A DNA stretch of 44,848 bases from Octopus bimaculoides. Lineage: Eukaryota. Location: the NCBI RefSeq assembly GCF_001194135.2, contig NC_069003.1, positions 197,412 to 242,259 on the forward strand, in the 5' to 3' direction. Made by a program: the position numbers and the translations under genes. The notes beneath the pieces are model-generated. The model worked only from the letters and a program-made list of their open reading frames with translations, made no database searches and was not told the DNA's origin. Of the stretch, positions 13,283 to 25,210 are shown one piece after another; position 1 is the stretch's first letter, and each line of letters opens with the position of its first letter.

Positions 13283-13761
13283 TCAATGGCTCCAGATATT
13301 ATGTGATTAACATTGCCATGAATACAATGTCTGAAATAAGGTTTTAATTTAAACAATAATGCTGTTTTTTAAATTGCATCTGGTAAAATTTTATATATTT
13401 TATTTATTTATCTTCTTTTTTCTTTTTTTCATTTTCAAACAACTTTCAAATAAAATGTACCCACTCTAACCATACATATCAACTTTTGCTACTGAAATAA
13501 TTTTGTAATAAACTTTTTAAAAATCCAAAATCAACATAAAAAAAAAAGAAAAAATTCAATGCACAATGATTATTATGTTTTTGGTTATTTAAATGACATA
13601 TCAATATTTGTTTAATATGTATGAAATTGCAGTCTTAACAAAAATAAAGTTGCTTGTGATATTAAGGACTTAATATACTAATTGAGACTGTTTTGATAAT
13701 TAATGTCAGCCTAGACTAGCGAGAGCAATATTTGCTTAGGATTATCTCATTGTTATTATCA

Positions 13762-13965
13762 GTGGATTGGCAGAACTGTTTAGGGTGTTGGACAAACTAC
13801 CTTGTTGGATTTAGGGCAGTATTTTGCATTTTGAGTTCAAATAGCACCGACATCAACTTTGCCTTTCTTTCTTCTGGGGTAGATAAACTAAAGAACCACT
13901 GAAGCACTGGGTTCAATTTAGTCAAGCGGCCCCACTCACCTTCACCTCACCTTTGTGTCTAAGTT
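13762..13965 (+). mobile_element. tRNA-derived SINE (family B), diverged
   Basis: tggcagaactgtt..gagttcaaat..caactttgccttt..gataaactaaagaacca. Confidence 0.65.
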
Positions 13966-14384
13966 AGAAATAGAATCATAGACTGAAACTATTGGTAGAA
14001 TGAAGGAGAAAATGTTTGTCGGCAGGAGTTAGTTGTAGGGCTTTTGTGTCTGTGTTTCATCCTGCTGAGACTGGCTTTCAAGGTCGGCAGAATATAGCAC
14101 CGGTCTTGTATTGAGAAATGGGTTGTGTAAGTGATTGGATTGTGAAGCTAAGATTAATATTAGATTAAGCAACATCTCAGCATATGTGCTCCAGGTGGGA
14201 CTGACAGGTAAACATAAGAATTGCTTCTGTGAGTCCTCTCTGCAGATTACCTCAATGATGGATGATGGAATCTTTATTTTACTGTGGCTGACAATTTCAG
14301 TTGACAGGCAATTCTTCAATGGATTTCATGGTGTACAGGGGGGGTTATGGCTTTGGTTCTAGAAGTGAGGAGGGTACAGGGCTG

Positions 14385-14880
14385 TAGGCGTTCTGTGATG
14401 CTGATATCATTTTGATCTGCTCTATGAACTTCAAGGAAACCCACCAGCCACCTAATCACCTATCAAACTGGTGGACACACAACACAGATTCCCTGCAAAA
14501 TGGGGAAAGGTTGAAGCTTGTGAATGCAATATCCTTTTCGAGTGAAGAATGTACTTCCCAATACAGGTTAGTAGTTGGTGACTTTAGACTTTGAGCTAGA
14601 AGGACTCAGGTGCAAACCAATCTGGAAAAGGGAGATATGGAAGCTTAAGGATCCTTTAAGCAGTCAGAGATTTAGAGAGGTCCTAACTGAAGCACTTGAT
14701 GGAAAGGAGGAGAAAGAGACTTGTAATATAGAGAAGAACAACTGGTAGTTCTCATGAGACCAACTGTTGAGGGCTACAGACCATGAGTGATGTGGTGGTG
14801 GTGAAACAGAGAAATCGAGAGTGCCATAAACATGAAGGCGGCGGCTCAGAGGGATCAGAGGAATGAGAGCAGCAGAAAAC
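14385..14880 (+). mobile_element. RTE-clade LINE fragment (endonuclease C-terminus and linker), frameshifted
   Basis: FCDADIILICSMNFK / PTSHLITYQTGGHTTQI / SFSSEECTSQYRLVVGDFRL / LKDP / EDNW, typical of RTE endonuclease regions. Confidence 0.75.
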
Positions 14881-15619
14881 TATGTCCAGTGTTGCTTTGT
14901 TAAGCTATACACAAACCAACCAGTGGAGACAAGAATATATTTATCAAAGGTTTATTACTTTATGTACAAGAGGGCTTAAGTTGCCAGTTGAATTCAGATT
15001 CATTTAACATTCCATTGCTAACATTATTTTGTTTCCCTTGGTGTACAGCCTTATTTTAAAACAAATTCTTATTTGATTGGGGGTCTTACTTTTATGAAAC
15101 TTATTATCATTATTTTATTACTATTATTATTTTTAATACTCTTTGATCCTTTCAGAGTCGATCAAATAATTATCTGTCAATCACTAAATTCGATAACTTG
15201 GATTGTGCTCTCTTCTTGTAAATTGGAATAACTAATTAAATTCAAATAAGCCGACTCTGGATTGTTCAACTCCAAATGGAGCGAATGAAGAGGTGAAGGA
15301 AGTTATCTCCCTTGTCATAGGAATATTTAAAAAAGTCTGCTTTTTCTGATCTCTGGAAAATGACGAAACCTAAGAATTCACTTTATTCTTTTACCTTTTT
15401 AATTGTTTCAGTCATTAGATAACGGCCATACTGGAGCACCACCTTGAAGACTTTTTAGTCGATTGAATCGACCCCAGTACTTTTTTTTTTTTTAAGCCTG
15501 GTAATTGTGGTGGGTTGCGGGGACGTAAACACCAAGACTAGTTGTCAAGCGGTGGTTTCACACACACGCACACAGATACATATCTATATATGTGTATGTA
15601 TTTTTGCATCGAAGGTCGG

Positions 15620-15676
15620 CGATTGTCGTACGCTGAAGAAGGGAAATAACCCTGAAACTCGAGTACGTACGTATCG
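15620..15676 (+). ncRNA. Type I hammerhead ribozyme, copy 1; predicted cleavage after GUA at 15665
   Basis: stem I cgtacg 15627-15632 / 15666-15671; CTGAAGA 15633-15639; stem II aggg-aaataa-ccct; GAAA 15654-15657; palindromic stem III ACTCGAGT; GUA triplet. Confidence 0.9.
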
Positions 15677-15970
15677 TAGATCAAGATAGGAAGGATAACC
15701 TCCCTTGGCAAATACAGACAGGACACAGAAGTGTGTCGATAGCCAGCTGGAGGAGATGTCCTCCTGGGGCTAAAAGCAACAGTAACATCCACCCTTCGGG
15801 GTCAGCCACATTTAAGTGGCAAATATACTTCACTTTATCGTGCAGTTACTGTTAATATCTCGTTCAGAGATTTAACATTGCTTGTTTTCAGTTTTTCGAT
15901 ATCAGTGAATAATTTCACTGGAAAAACTTATATATATTTGCCAAGGGATGCCTTTTGCATCGAAGGTCGG

Positions 15971-16027
15971 CGATTGTCGTACGCTGAAGAAGGGAAATAA
16001 CCCTGAAACTCGAGTACGTACGTATCG
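15971..16027 (+). ncRNA. Type I hammerhead ribozyme, copy 2; predicted cleavage after GUA at 16016
   Basis: identical in sequence to copy 1, exactly 351 nt downstream. Confidence 0.9.
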
Positions 16028-16374
16028 TAGATCAAGATGGGAAGGATAACTTCCCTTGGCAAATACAGACAGGACACAGAAGTGTGCCGATAGCCAGCTG
16101 GAGGAGATGTCCTCCTGGGGCTAAAAGCAATAGTAACATCCACCCCTTGGGGTCAGCCACATTTAAGTGGCAAATATACTTCACTTTATCGTGCAGAGAG
16201 AGAGATGTCGGGCTTCCTTCACTTTCTGTCTACCGAATCCAAACACAAAGAATAGAAGATACTTGCCTAAGTGGAATTGAACCCGCAACCATGTGGCTGT
16301 GAAGGGAGCTTCTTACCACACGGCCAATCCTGCGCCTTTAGATTGTTTTCTTTGATAAAAGATCCTACACACTG

Positions 16375-17100
16375 TAGATATTTCTTGTCATCTAACTTGG
16401 ACACAATGCAGCAATGGATTGCTAACTGGCAGCTCAAACTGGATGTTGACAAGTGCATCACGATACATTTTGTGGAGTAAAACCTGGAATTTTACCTTTT
16501 CCTTACTCTACACCAGAAAAATTTGCTGGTGAGCATCACCTTGGTGTTATTGTTAACAACGATCTGCTTCGAATGAACCGTGTTTCTAAAATCGTCAAAA
16601 CTGCCGAAAGTGTATTAACATCACCCAGTAACACCTTTGTCAGCCACTCACCAGCTATCTCTAGAAAACTACAAATAGCTATAAAGCATCAACCCTTAAT
16701 TTTGTATCTCCAGTCTGGGACCCCTATCTTGTTTAACCTAGTGATCTGCTGGAGGTTGTCCATAGACGTACAATAGACATTGGTCACTGCCATTTGCTGA
16801 ACATTTTGCTTCTTTGGGTAGGGACAAACTAAAGTTGAAAGGAGCCCACGAAATTATTCACCATCTTTCCAGCGATAACTTTGGCCAACCTTTGAAATCA
16901 ATTCTTCTTTTCAACTCGTGGACATGCTTATATAATTAAATTAAAAACAGAAATAAAAATAAAGCAGTAGAGCACCCATGATTTTCAGAAACATTCTTTC
17001 ATGTTCAGAATTGTCGAAGCATGGAATAAACTCCCCGTGTCAGTTGTTACATATCAGGGCACATCACCTTCAAAAATTTCATGTTGTATTCAGTGTGCTG
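16375..17100 (+). mobile_element. CR1-like LINE 3' remnant (reverse transcriptase C-terminus)
   Basis: LDTMQQWIANWQLKLDVDKCITIHF; HLGVIVNNDL..VSKIVKTAE; terminal FRIVEAWNKLP motif; many stops and frameshifts. Confidence 0.8.
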
Positions 17101-17601
17101 TGTACGTCTAGCTTTTCATTGCAGTCTGTCTTCACTTGATTTATCTCTGCTTTCTGTCTCCACAGTTTTAACATTTTGATGAGCTGTAAAGAACCTGAAC
17201 GTTGTATGCAATAATCCCATTTTTGGTTATTGTCGTTTTAAAGAGATTTATTCAACAATAAGGCATGAGTGCATGCTTAAGAAGTTGATTTGCAACCACG
17301 TGGTCCCTGTTTCGATCCCACTGATCGATGATTGAACGGGGAAAAAAGTATTCGATACTGAAGGAGAGTAGAGTAATTTACATGGACAGCACCAGTTGTC
17401 TATTGCTCTGGAACAGCCGAAATATATTGCTCCCCTCCCCATATACCCACATACGTATTCGAAAATCTCCCTGGGAGTGGAGCAAGAATAATGGAAGCAT
17501 ATTCTTTCTGATTTTTATATTTACTTAAGTTCTTCGATTTGTACTTCTCTGTTTAATATCCATACATGCGTTCTTAGGCGTTGGTGCGTGGTAAGAAGTT
17601 T

Positions 17602-18490
17602 ACTTCCGGTTTGACGATGTCCTTCGTGTTTATTCCGTTCGCTGTGAGTTAACGTTTTTATTGTTGAAATTCTGTTATTTTTTTGTAAATTATTGTTAAA
17701 AACTGTTTATTTTTTAACTGTTGCCTGTTTGCAGACTTTGTTGAACTGTTTTATTTCCCGATATAACGGGAAATAGTAAAATTTCTGTAGTCATTTGGCG
17801 TTCATTCGTTCGTTGGATTTTTAACTGAGTACATTTATATAATTTAGCCTTTGTAGAGCATTGTTGAACTGCACCCCTCCCCTAAAGTGGGGTGGGATTT
17901 GAACTGTTGTTCCTCCTGCGAGGAAGTAATTTTTGAACGAAAGAAAAAAAAAAAAGAAACCTATAATTTTCTTTTGGAAACAAACTGCTTTTCATCCGTT
18001 GTTTGGCTTCATTGAGCTGCGCCCCACTTCCTCTGACAAAGTGGGATTTGAACTTATATTGATTACAAAAGAAACAAATTTGGAACAGTGCTTTTTTTTC
18101 TGTGTGTTTTCTACTAATTTATCTCAACCGAAATGTCGGTGGAGATAATAAGAGCCAAAATGCTCTCTCGAAGAGAGTGATGCTTTGGAAGCTAACCAAC
18201 CTCCAAGACAAGTTACCAAAAGGCTTTGCGGCAGTCGCCGCTGTACAAATGGAAAGTCTGAAGATCCCACTGGGGGACCCCCCAGGAGATGTTCAAAAGA
18301 ATAAAATTGAAAAATGTCTGGCACCAATATGGAATGACATTATTTACGTTACAAGAGGGGGGAAATTTGGCACAGTAGAAGCCAGATTTAGGACGATAGA
18401 GAAGGCCCGCGAGCATTCTGTCTGCCCGTTGAAGACGAAGGAAGTGGTGCTTCTGCTGACCTATATGGGGCGGCGCACGTCTGGGGTTTT
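17602..18490 (+). mobile_element. Probable 5' UTR plus truncated ORF1 of an L1/Tx1-like LINE
   Basis: begins ACTTCCGG, long T-rich leader, then a non-repetitive open frame (18102-18545 in the track) ending abruptly at a hAT fragment; clade assignment is inference. Confidence 0.4.
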
Positions 18491-18494
18491 GATC

Positions 18495-18900
18495 AATTCC
18501 AGCTCGTTCTTCCTCCTTCTAGACACCTATTTGAACATAACATAGCATCTGAGGAATTTAGTCAATATGAGAAATATCTGGAATACTATCAAAAATAATG
18601 CAATGGTATTTACTCTGTTTCACTTCATCGATGACTTTCTTTCTCACTTGATCTCTCAAGGCGTTCACCAATTCATTCTGAATTTTTGGCGAGAGACAGG
18701 GATTTGTAAACTTATCAATTTTTACTTTCACCAAATGTTCACATAAAACTGGGTCGAAATTTCCAATCAGTTGAACAAGCTCCAGAAAATTTCTTTCATT
18801 TTCAATTGCCTTCTCAACTCGAATATCTTCTCTATGGCCTCGTAAAGCTAGGTTTTGCTTAGCAAGAAACCTGATTATATCCAAGAATCTAGTCAGGAAT
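18495..18900 (-). mobile_element. hAT-superfamily transposase fragment (ZMYM1/DUF4371-like)
   Basis: FLAKQNLALRGHRE..NFLELVQLIGNFDPVL..LSPKIQNELV..KYHCIIFDSIPDISH; a possible element end lies near 19065-19115. Confidence 0.85.
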
Positions 18901-20566
18901 TGCTTCCATTTTTGTTTTTCATTTTCAACGAGAGTTTGTTGTTCTTTGTCTTTTACTGATGATAAATTTAGATTTTAAGGAAATTTTAATTGCTACTTTA
19001 CATTATTAAAGTCTATAATATTTATACTGCATTTTTATTAATGATATATTAATACAAATAAATTGCGCCGCCCGGGAGGTGGATCGCTCTCCCCGCCCCC
19101 TCTTGGTACGCACCCAAGTATCATATGGATCCTGGTTGGGAACCACCGTGGGATTCCATCAAGGATGTAAGGATTGCAAGGAGGGCTTCTTAACCTTATC
19201 GACACACAGACAGACAGACTATTTAACCAAAGACAAACTGTTTACTCTTTTTATCAAACAACAAACTGAGACTTCATTTAACAATTCACAACAATTATTC
19301 CACCGTTTATTGTCATTTTCTAAAATTTATAATGGTTTTTTTGTTTTCCTCGTCATCGTCTACTTTCTCTCATCTTTTCTCCTCCTCTTTCTCATCATGT
19401 CTTCTTCTTCTTCTATTGTCCAGCTTTGTCATTCCCTCCTCTTCCCCTCTACCGTCCATTCATCTATCACAATGTGTGTGTGTGTGTGTGTACATGGAGA
19501 ATCAAATATCACTGTCAAGTCAGACTGCCTGTCCGTGTGTCTCTCTGTTTATCTCTCCTTGAGACAGCCATTATAATAATGGGCGTGAAAAGATTTAGTA
19601 AAGATGGAGACAGAGAGAGAGAGGGGGGTGAGGTGGACGACTGGTTTACAGTCCTTGTGTCTTTACAACGACACCAGCAGCTGTGGTGGTAATAAGAAAA
19701 GGGGAGTGGGGTGAGGGTGCTGAGATCAGGAATTGGAGGTTGTTGTTTAATCTAAGGTCATCCTTGATCCAGCTGACTTATAACCAAAGACATTTCAGCC
19801 GTGACCAGCCCCACTTTTTTTTTCCTGCGTGCAGGCAATCCTGGATTATGTTATCCAACGTGACCTTTTTTTTTTTTTTTAATGCAGTAGGGTGTTATTT
19901 GAGGAACAATTGGCTGCTACATCTATTAGGTTAAGATACTGCGATGAGGCTCACGAACTGGCAGAGATGTAGGAGGCGATGGTGGTGGTGATGGTAGACG
20001 TCGGATGAAGAGGAGTGGCAGTTGTGTGTGTGTAAAAAGAAGCCGACAATGAGATAACTGTGGAACTGTAGAAATGTGACTGGAACTTCGGGTCTAAATC
20101 CCAAGAACAACTAAAATACATTGTCGGGCAAACGAATAAACATATGTAAATAATATTTCTTCCTTCTTGGTGTTGAGTCTTCGATATTTACTGCTTACTC
20201 CAACGCGAGAACCAAAAAAAAAAAAAAAAAGAAAACCGTTTAATATGCAACACAGGCAGTAAACAAAAAATAAAACAGAACAGAGTGGTGACTTTTAGTA
20301 GAGATGACCCGGAAGTTGTTCCTCTTCGATTATTATCGCAAACAGCAGTAGCTTTCTTTAACTGAATACACGTCGTTGATTGGTCGAAGTTACCCAAATA
20401 CGACAACTTTAACACGAAATAACTTCTAAAAGACCAAATTTTGTCAAAAATGTTCAAAGTAAACCGTGTTCTGCGTGAGACATTCCACCAGTATACGAAG
20501 TTTCAAACTGTTTAGTTAAAAAAGATTAATTAAAAAACCCGTGAGCCAAATTGAACAGATCCATGT

Positions 20567-20730
20567 ATGTATTTGTGTATCTGTGTTTGGCCCCTGCCAT
20601 CGCTTGGCCCCTACCACCGATGTTGGTGAGTTTATGTCTCCGTAACTTAGCGATTCGGCAAAACAGACCGATAGAATAAGTTCTAGGCTTACAAAGAATA
20701 AGTCCTGGGAACTGAAACAAGTAAATGAAT
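20567..20730 (+). mobile_element. SINE family A 3' module
   Basis: ccgtaacttagcgattcggcaaaacagaccgatagaataagt..ctgaaacaagtaaa. Confidence 0.7.
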
Positions 20731-22944
20731 ATATATATGTATGTGCGTGTATATACACATGCATAATTGTGTATGCATATGTGTATGTATACGTATATGT
20801 ATGTATGTTTGTATGTGTGTGTGTGTGTGTGTGTGTATGGCATACAAGACCCATTTTACCTGTCACAGCTCATACAACTGAACGTCGACCCCTTCCGCGA
20901 CAGCAAAACAAGATCCCTTCCCCCCACTCCTTTCCTCTCTTATTCTCTCCCTCCCTCTCTCTCCCTCCCTTCTCTCCCTTCTTTCCACAAAACAACAAAA
21001 ACCCTTCGACACCAGTTGGTGGTCCATTGAGAGGCGGGAAGGAAGGAAGGAAGGAAGAACTGAAACTGAGATCTTGTTCCCTTTTCAGCAATTTTCACAC
21101 ATTCAATTTTAGTCAACCCCACCCTCCGNNNNNNNNNNNNNNNNNNNNNNNNNNNNNNNNNNNNNNNNNNNNNNNNNNNNNNNNNNNNNNNNNNNNNNNN
21201 NNNNNNNNNNNNNNNNNNNNNNNNCCCCCCCATATGCAATTGTTAAATTATCTGATTCTATTATACACCCGCAGACAAGATTTCACTGTATACACATTGG
21301 TTGTTCATTTACCTGCTATTATACACTCAGCGGGTTTGACCGTGTATACACGGTTAGTCATTCAATTATCTGATATTATACACACCGGTATTCTACTGTT
21401 TGTAGACAACAACGGGGTTTGTTGAATTATTTGAATCACTTGAAGCCATAAACGTTTAACTTATTCTTTAGCTGAGATTTTGCTCACAACATTCTCGTGA
21501 TTGATGTGGAAGAAATAATAGGCTGTTGATGCAGGAGAATAACCTCAGTTTAGACATTCAATATAACTTCTTACTTTCTACTAAACCAGAGGTTCTAGTA
21601 GCTGTTCCGGAGATTTAGCAACAACAACAGCCTCATTTTTATTGACTTAACGAAGGATATTCTTTGTGGTCGCTTGACTTGCCAGAAATAACAACTAAAT
21701 CTCCCTGAAAGCACATCGCACTCACTTTCAGTGTCTAAATGGGAAATCAGATAATTACGTCTGCAACATCTTCCTTCCAACTTCACTTTTCATTTACTCC
21801 ATCAGGACTGACCCGTGGATAAACAACGACAATAACAACAGCATCAACAAGAAGGATCTCGAATTTCTTTACTTCTATTATTGTATTGGAACTTGCAGAC
21901 ACAAATGCCGACGTCGACGATGACCACCACCACCACCAACAACAACAACACTTCAACAAGCCTCAAATTCTTCTGATTTCATTTGTATTTCAAAGAAGCC
22001 TTCACAGCATCCATCACCAGAATTTTGACTTCAGTTTCTAATTCGTAGCGTTAAAAGACAATTGCCAAAACGCTTGCTTCGGGTCCCCCCCCCCCTATCC
22101 CACCTCAATTTGTTCCTCCATTCATGTTAAATTGTCTCTAATTAAGCCTTAAGCTGATTTATTACACAACACGCAGTTTTCTCGTTCCGAAGAAATTAGA
22201 ACTTCATCAATTTTTGTCTTTTCCTAAATTTATGAGTTAATCTGATGTGGAAGATGGAAGTTTTCATATCAGCTGGAGATTTTTAAAACGAGGACAAACT
22301 ATAAAGGAGAATAAATCTTCAAAAATTGTAAAGCAATTTTGACAGACGTTGAATAGAGTCACCAGTAAACTTTATTCGATTCTGAGAATGGATTCAATTG
22401 CAGTGAACGTGAAGGATAAAGCAAAGCAAGGAAACTTGTTTGTACAGCTCCCATTACAACTTTCTGTTCATGCTTCGAGAAAATGTTTAGGATTTTACAA
22501 GACAGGAATATAAACTGATCACAATAACTTTCTCAAGTTTTATCCAAAGTTTGGTATTTATTTGCTCTCCTATCAATGAAAACACATATTTTTGTTCTTG
22601 TTAGTTTTTAAAATTTTTATTTGTCATCTCTACCTTTGTCACCACAACATCATAAGCAACATAATTACTGTTGTTATCATTATTGTCATAGTTGCTAGTA
22701 CAATATCTTCGTCATAGCAGCATTGTCAACATAATCCCACTGTTAACATTAATGTGAATATAAACATCGTTCGCATCGTAACCTCGTTGCGAATATCAGA
22801 AAATTATCATTATAGCAACACGTTGCCATCATAACATATTTACCAACGTAACACCACTGTCATTATTGTCAACCTAATAACATCGTTAAAGTAACACAAT
22901 AGACACCATTGTCAACATATAACCATTGCCAACGTAATAAGGAG

Positions 22945-23330
22945 CCCTCCGTCGGTTACGACGACGAGGGTCCCAGCTGATCCGATCAAAGGAACAGCCT
23001 GCTCGTGAAATTAACGTGCAAGTGACTGAGCACTCCNNNNNNNNNNGGGTCCCAGCTGATCCGATCAAAGGAACAGCCTGCTCGTGAAATTAACGTGCAA
23101 GTGACTGAGCACTCCACAGACACGTGTACCCCTAACGTAGTTCTCCGGGAGATTCAGCGTGACAAGGCTGACCCCTTTGAAATACAGGTATAACTCGTTT
23201 TTGCCAGCTGAGTGAACTGGAGCAACGTGAAGTAAAGTGTCTTGCTCAAGGACACAATGCGTCGCTGAGAATTGAACTCATGACCTTAAAATCGCGAGCC
23301 GAATGCCCTAACCACTACGCCACTCGCCTT
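22945..23330 (-). mobile_element. tRNA-derived CORE-type SINE (family C)
   Basis: minus strand reads gtggcgtagtggttaggg (A box) ..gagttcaattc (B box) ..gtgtccttgagcaagacactt (CORE-like); a degenerate relative lies at about 9655-9775. Confidence 0.75.
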
Positions 23331-25210
23331 CACAACATAATACATTCACCAATATAACATCATCATCATCGTCGTCATAGTACAATAGCTATTATTATCA
23401 ACAACACAATTTTAATGGTGAGGCGATTATCAAAATAACACAATTGTCTCTGTAACTAACATCTTTTTCAACATAACATCATTGATTCTTCATAATGTTC
23501 TTGTCATCATTATTACGATAACACAATTAATTATCAACATGAATACGCACTTATTAGCATAATTGTTAGGTTAACAGAATTGTTAAGTAACACCATTGTC
23601 AATATAAAACTCGTCAACGTTGTATTATCCCATAACACAACTGTCGTTTGACTACAGCCTCTATAATAATAATAATAATAATAATAATAATGCTATCTGC
23701 ACGACCCCATTGTCGATATAATATGATCGCGCCCTCCGCCCCCGGCAACAAGAACACCTTCAAAATGCAAATGTTATGACAAGAATCTCTCTAAAAGCAA
23801 CAGCTGAACGACGACAACAACAACAACAACAATCTATCGAATTTCGTTATTTAAAATTAAATAATTTGTTATTTTTTAAAGTAAATATTTAATTTTCCTA
23901 ATTTTCCTGCTTGTGACTGTTCACACGTCTTCCCTTTGCAAAGTCGACATTTCTCATTTGTAAGATCTTCCCGTATTTTCGGTTGAATCGCAGCCTCTAC
24001 TCCCAACCCCAAGGCTTCACTAAAAATTAAAAGAAGACTTGATTGGAACGGGAGAGATAATAAATTGAAGAAACGCTAATGCAAAGGATAGAATTATAGC
24101 GAATCCGGAGACCAAGTCTTCGATGTCAGAGTTAATAATTTGAATGCTTAAACAGTTGATGTCGGGAGAAAATGAAAACGACAAACAAAAACTGGGGGGA
24201 AAACAAAAACAGGAAAAAACAGCAATTTGCGTCTGGCCCTGACATTGTCCGAATCTGAATCCTTAGACTAATATATGGCAGAATATAAGAATAGCGCTAA
24301 TTCACACAATAACCTATAAACGATCAATTGAATTCCAATAAATCGGATTGATGGTGATGACGATATTGCAGAGAATTACGACGAAGCATTTATCCTGTCC
24401 GTCTGTTGTTTTATCCACCCGTCTAAAAATAGCTTTTTGGTTTCGTTCAATATGCTAAGAGCATCGATGATTCTGGAAACACAAAACGAAAGTCAGCTGC
24501 AACAACAACAACAACGGCAAATATAACGATAACAACTTGTACAACAACAACAACAAAACCAATTTAATTGAAGAATAGCCATTGTTAATTGCATTAGTGT
24601 TGTTATACAGACACACACACACATACACATACACACACATACTCTCGCACATATATATGTATGTGTGTGTGTGTGTATACATATGCATATATACATTCAT
24701 ACACACATACACATAACACGTATATATTCTTTTACTGCTTTCAGCGATTGGACTGCGGCCATACTGGGGCAGCGCAGCCTTTATGGGTTTTAGTCGGGAA
24801 CTAATTTTATCGTTCTCCGTGAATCAAACTGCTAAGTTTACCGTTTCGCATTTTAGCACGAAGACATTCAATTCATAAACACCGCAAAATATTTTCATTT
24901 ACCGACTTTACATCGATATACCCACACATACACACAATATACATACATATACACAGACACGCATACACACATATATGTAATCCTCACACGTAATTCGTGA
25001 TATCTCACGTATTAACGATCAAGGGTACACATCCACCTACATCAAACCACGACAACAGACGAAGACAAGTGGAAATTCGTAGCACAAAACCCAACGTCCG
25101 AATAAAAACTGAGTGAAGCCTCATCAGTTCCGAGCAACGATTATTTGGAAACCAGGCTGAAATTAAGAAATCGAACGGAACAAAATACGGAGACCTGAAC
25201 GAGGATAATA

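Larger units (their letters stand above)
15602..16196 (+). mobile_element. Tandem hammerhead-ribozyme repeat (non-LTR retrozyme-like), 351-nt period, about 1.7 units
   Basis: 15602-15845 repeats at 15953-16196 with 6 transitions by my count; each unit holds a hammerhead core. Confidence 0.85.
15381..16338 (-). mobile_element. Bipartite tRNA-derived SINE (family A), split at its internal microsatellite by the hammerhead array
   Basis: 3' module at about 15381-15560 and tRNA-like head at about 16205-16338 match the two halves of the copies at 31330-31987 and 33640-34075. Confidence 0.75.

Noticed and set aside
15738-15792. Possible HDV-like or pistol ribozyme within the hammerhead repeat
   Set aside because: P1 is incomplete and P1.1/J4-2 or pistol pseudoknot partners are absent; kept only as hairpins. 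No antisense hammerhead was found either.
22970-23106. ~60-nt direct duplication around a gap (also ~90 nt at 36226-36318 / 36405-36500)
   Set aside because: Identical sequence on both sides of an N run is most likely unmerged contig overlap.
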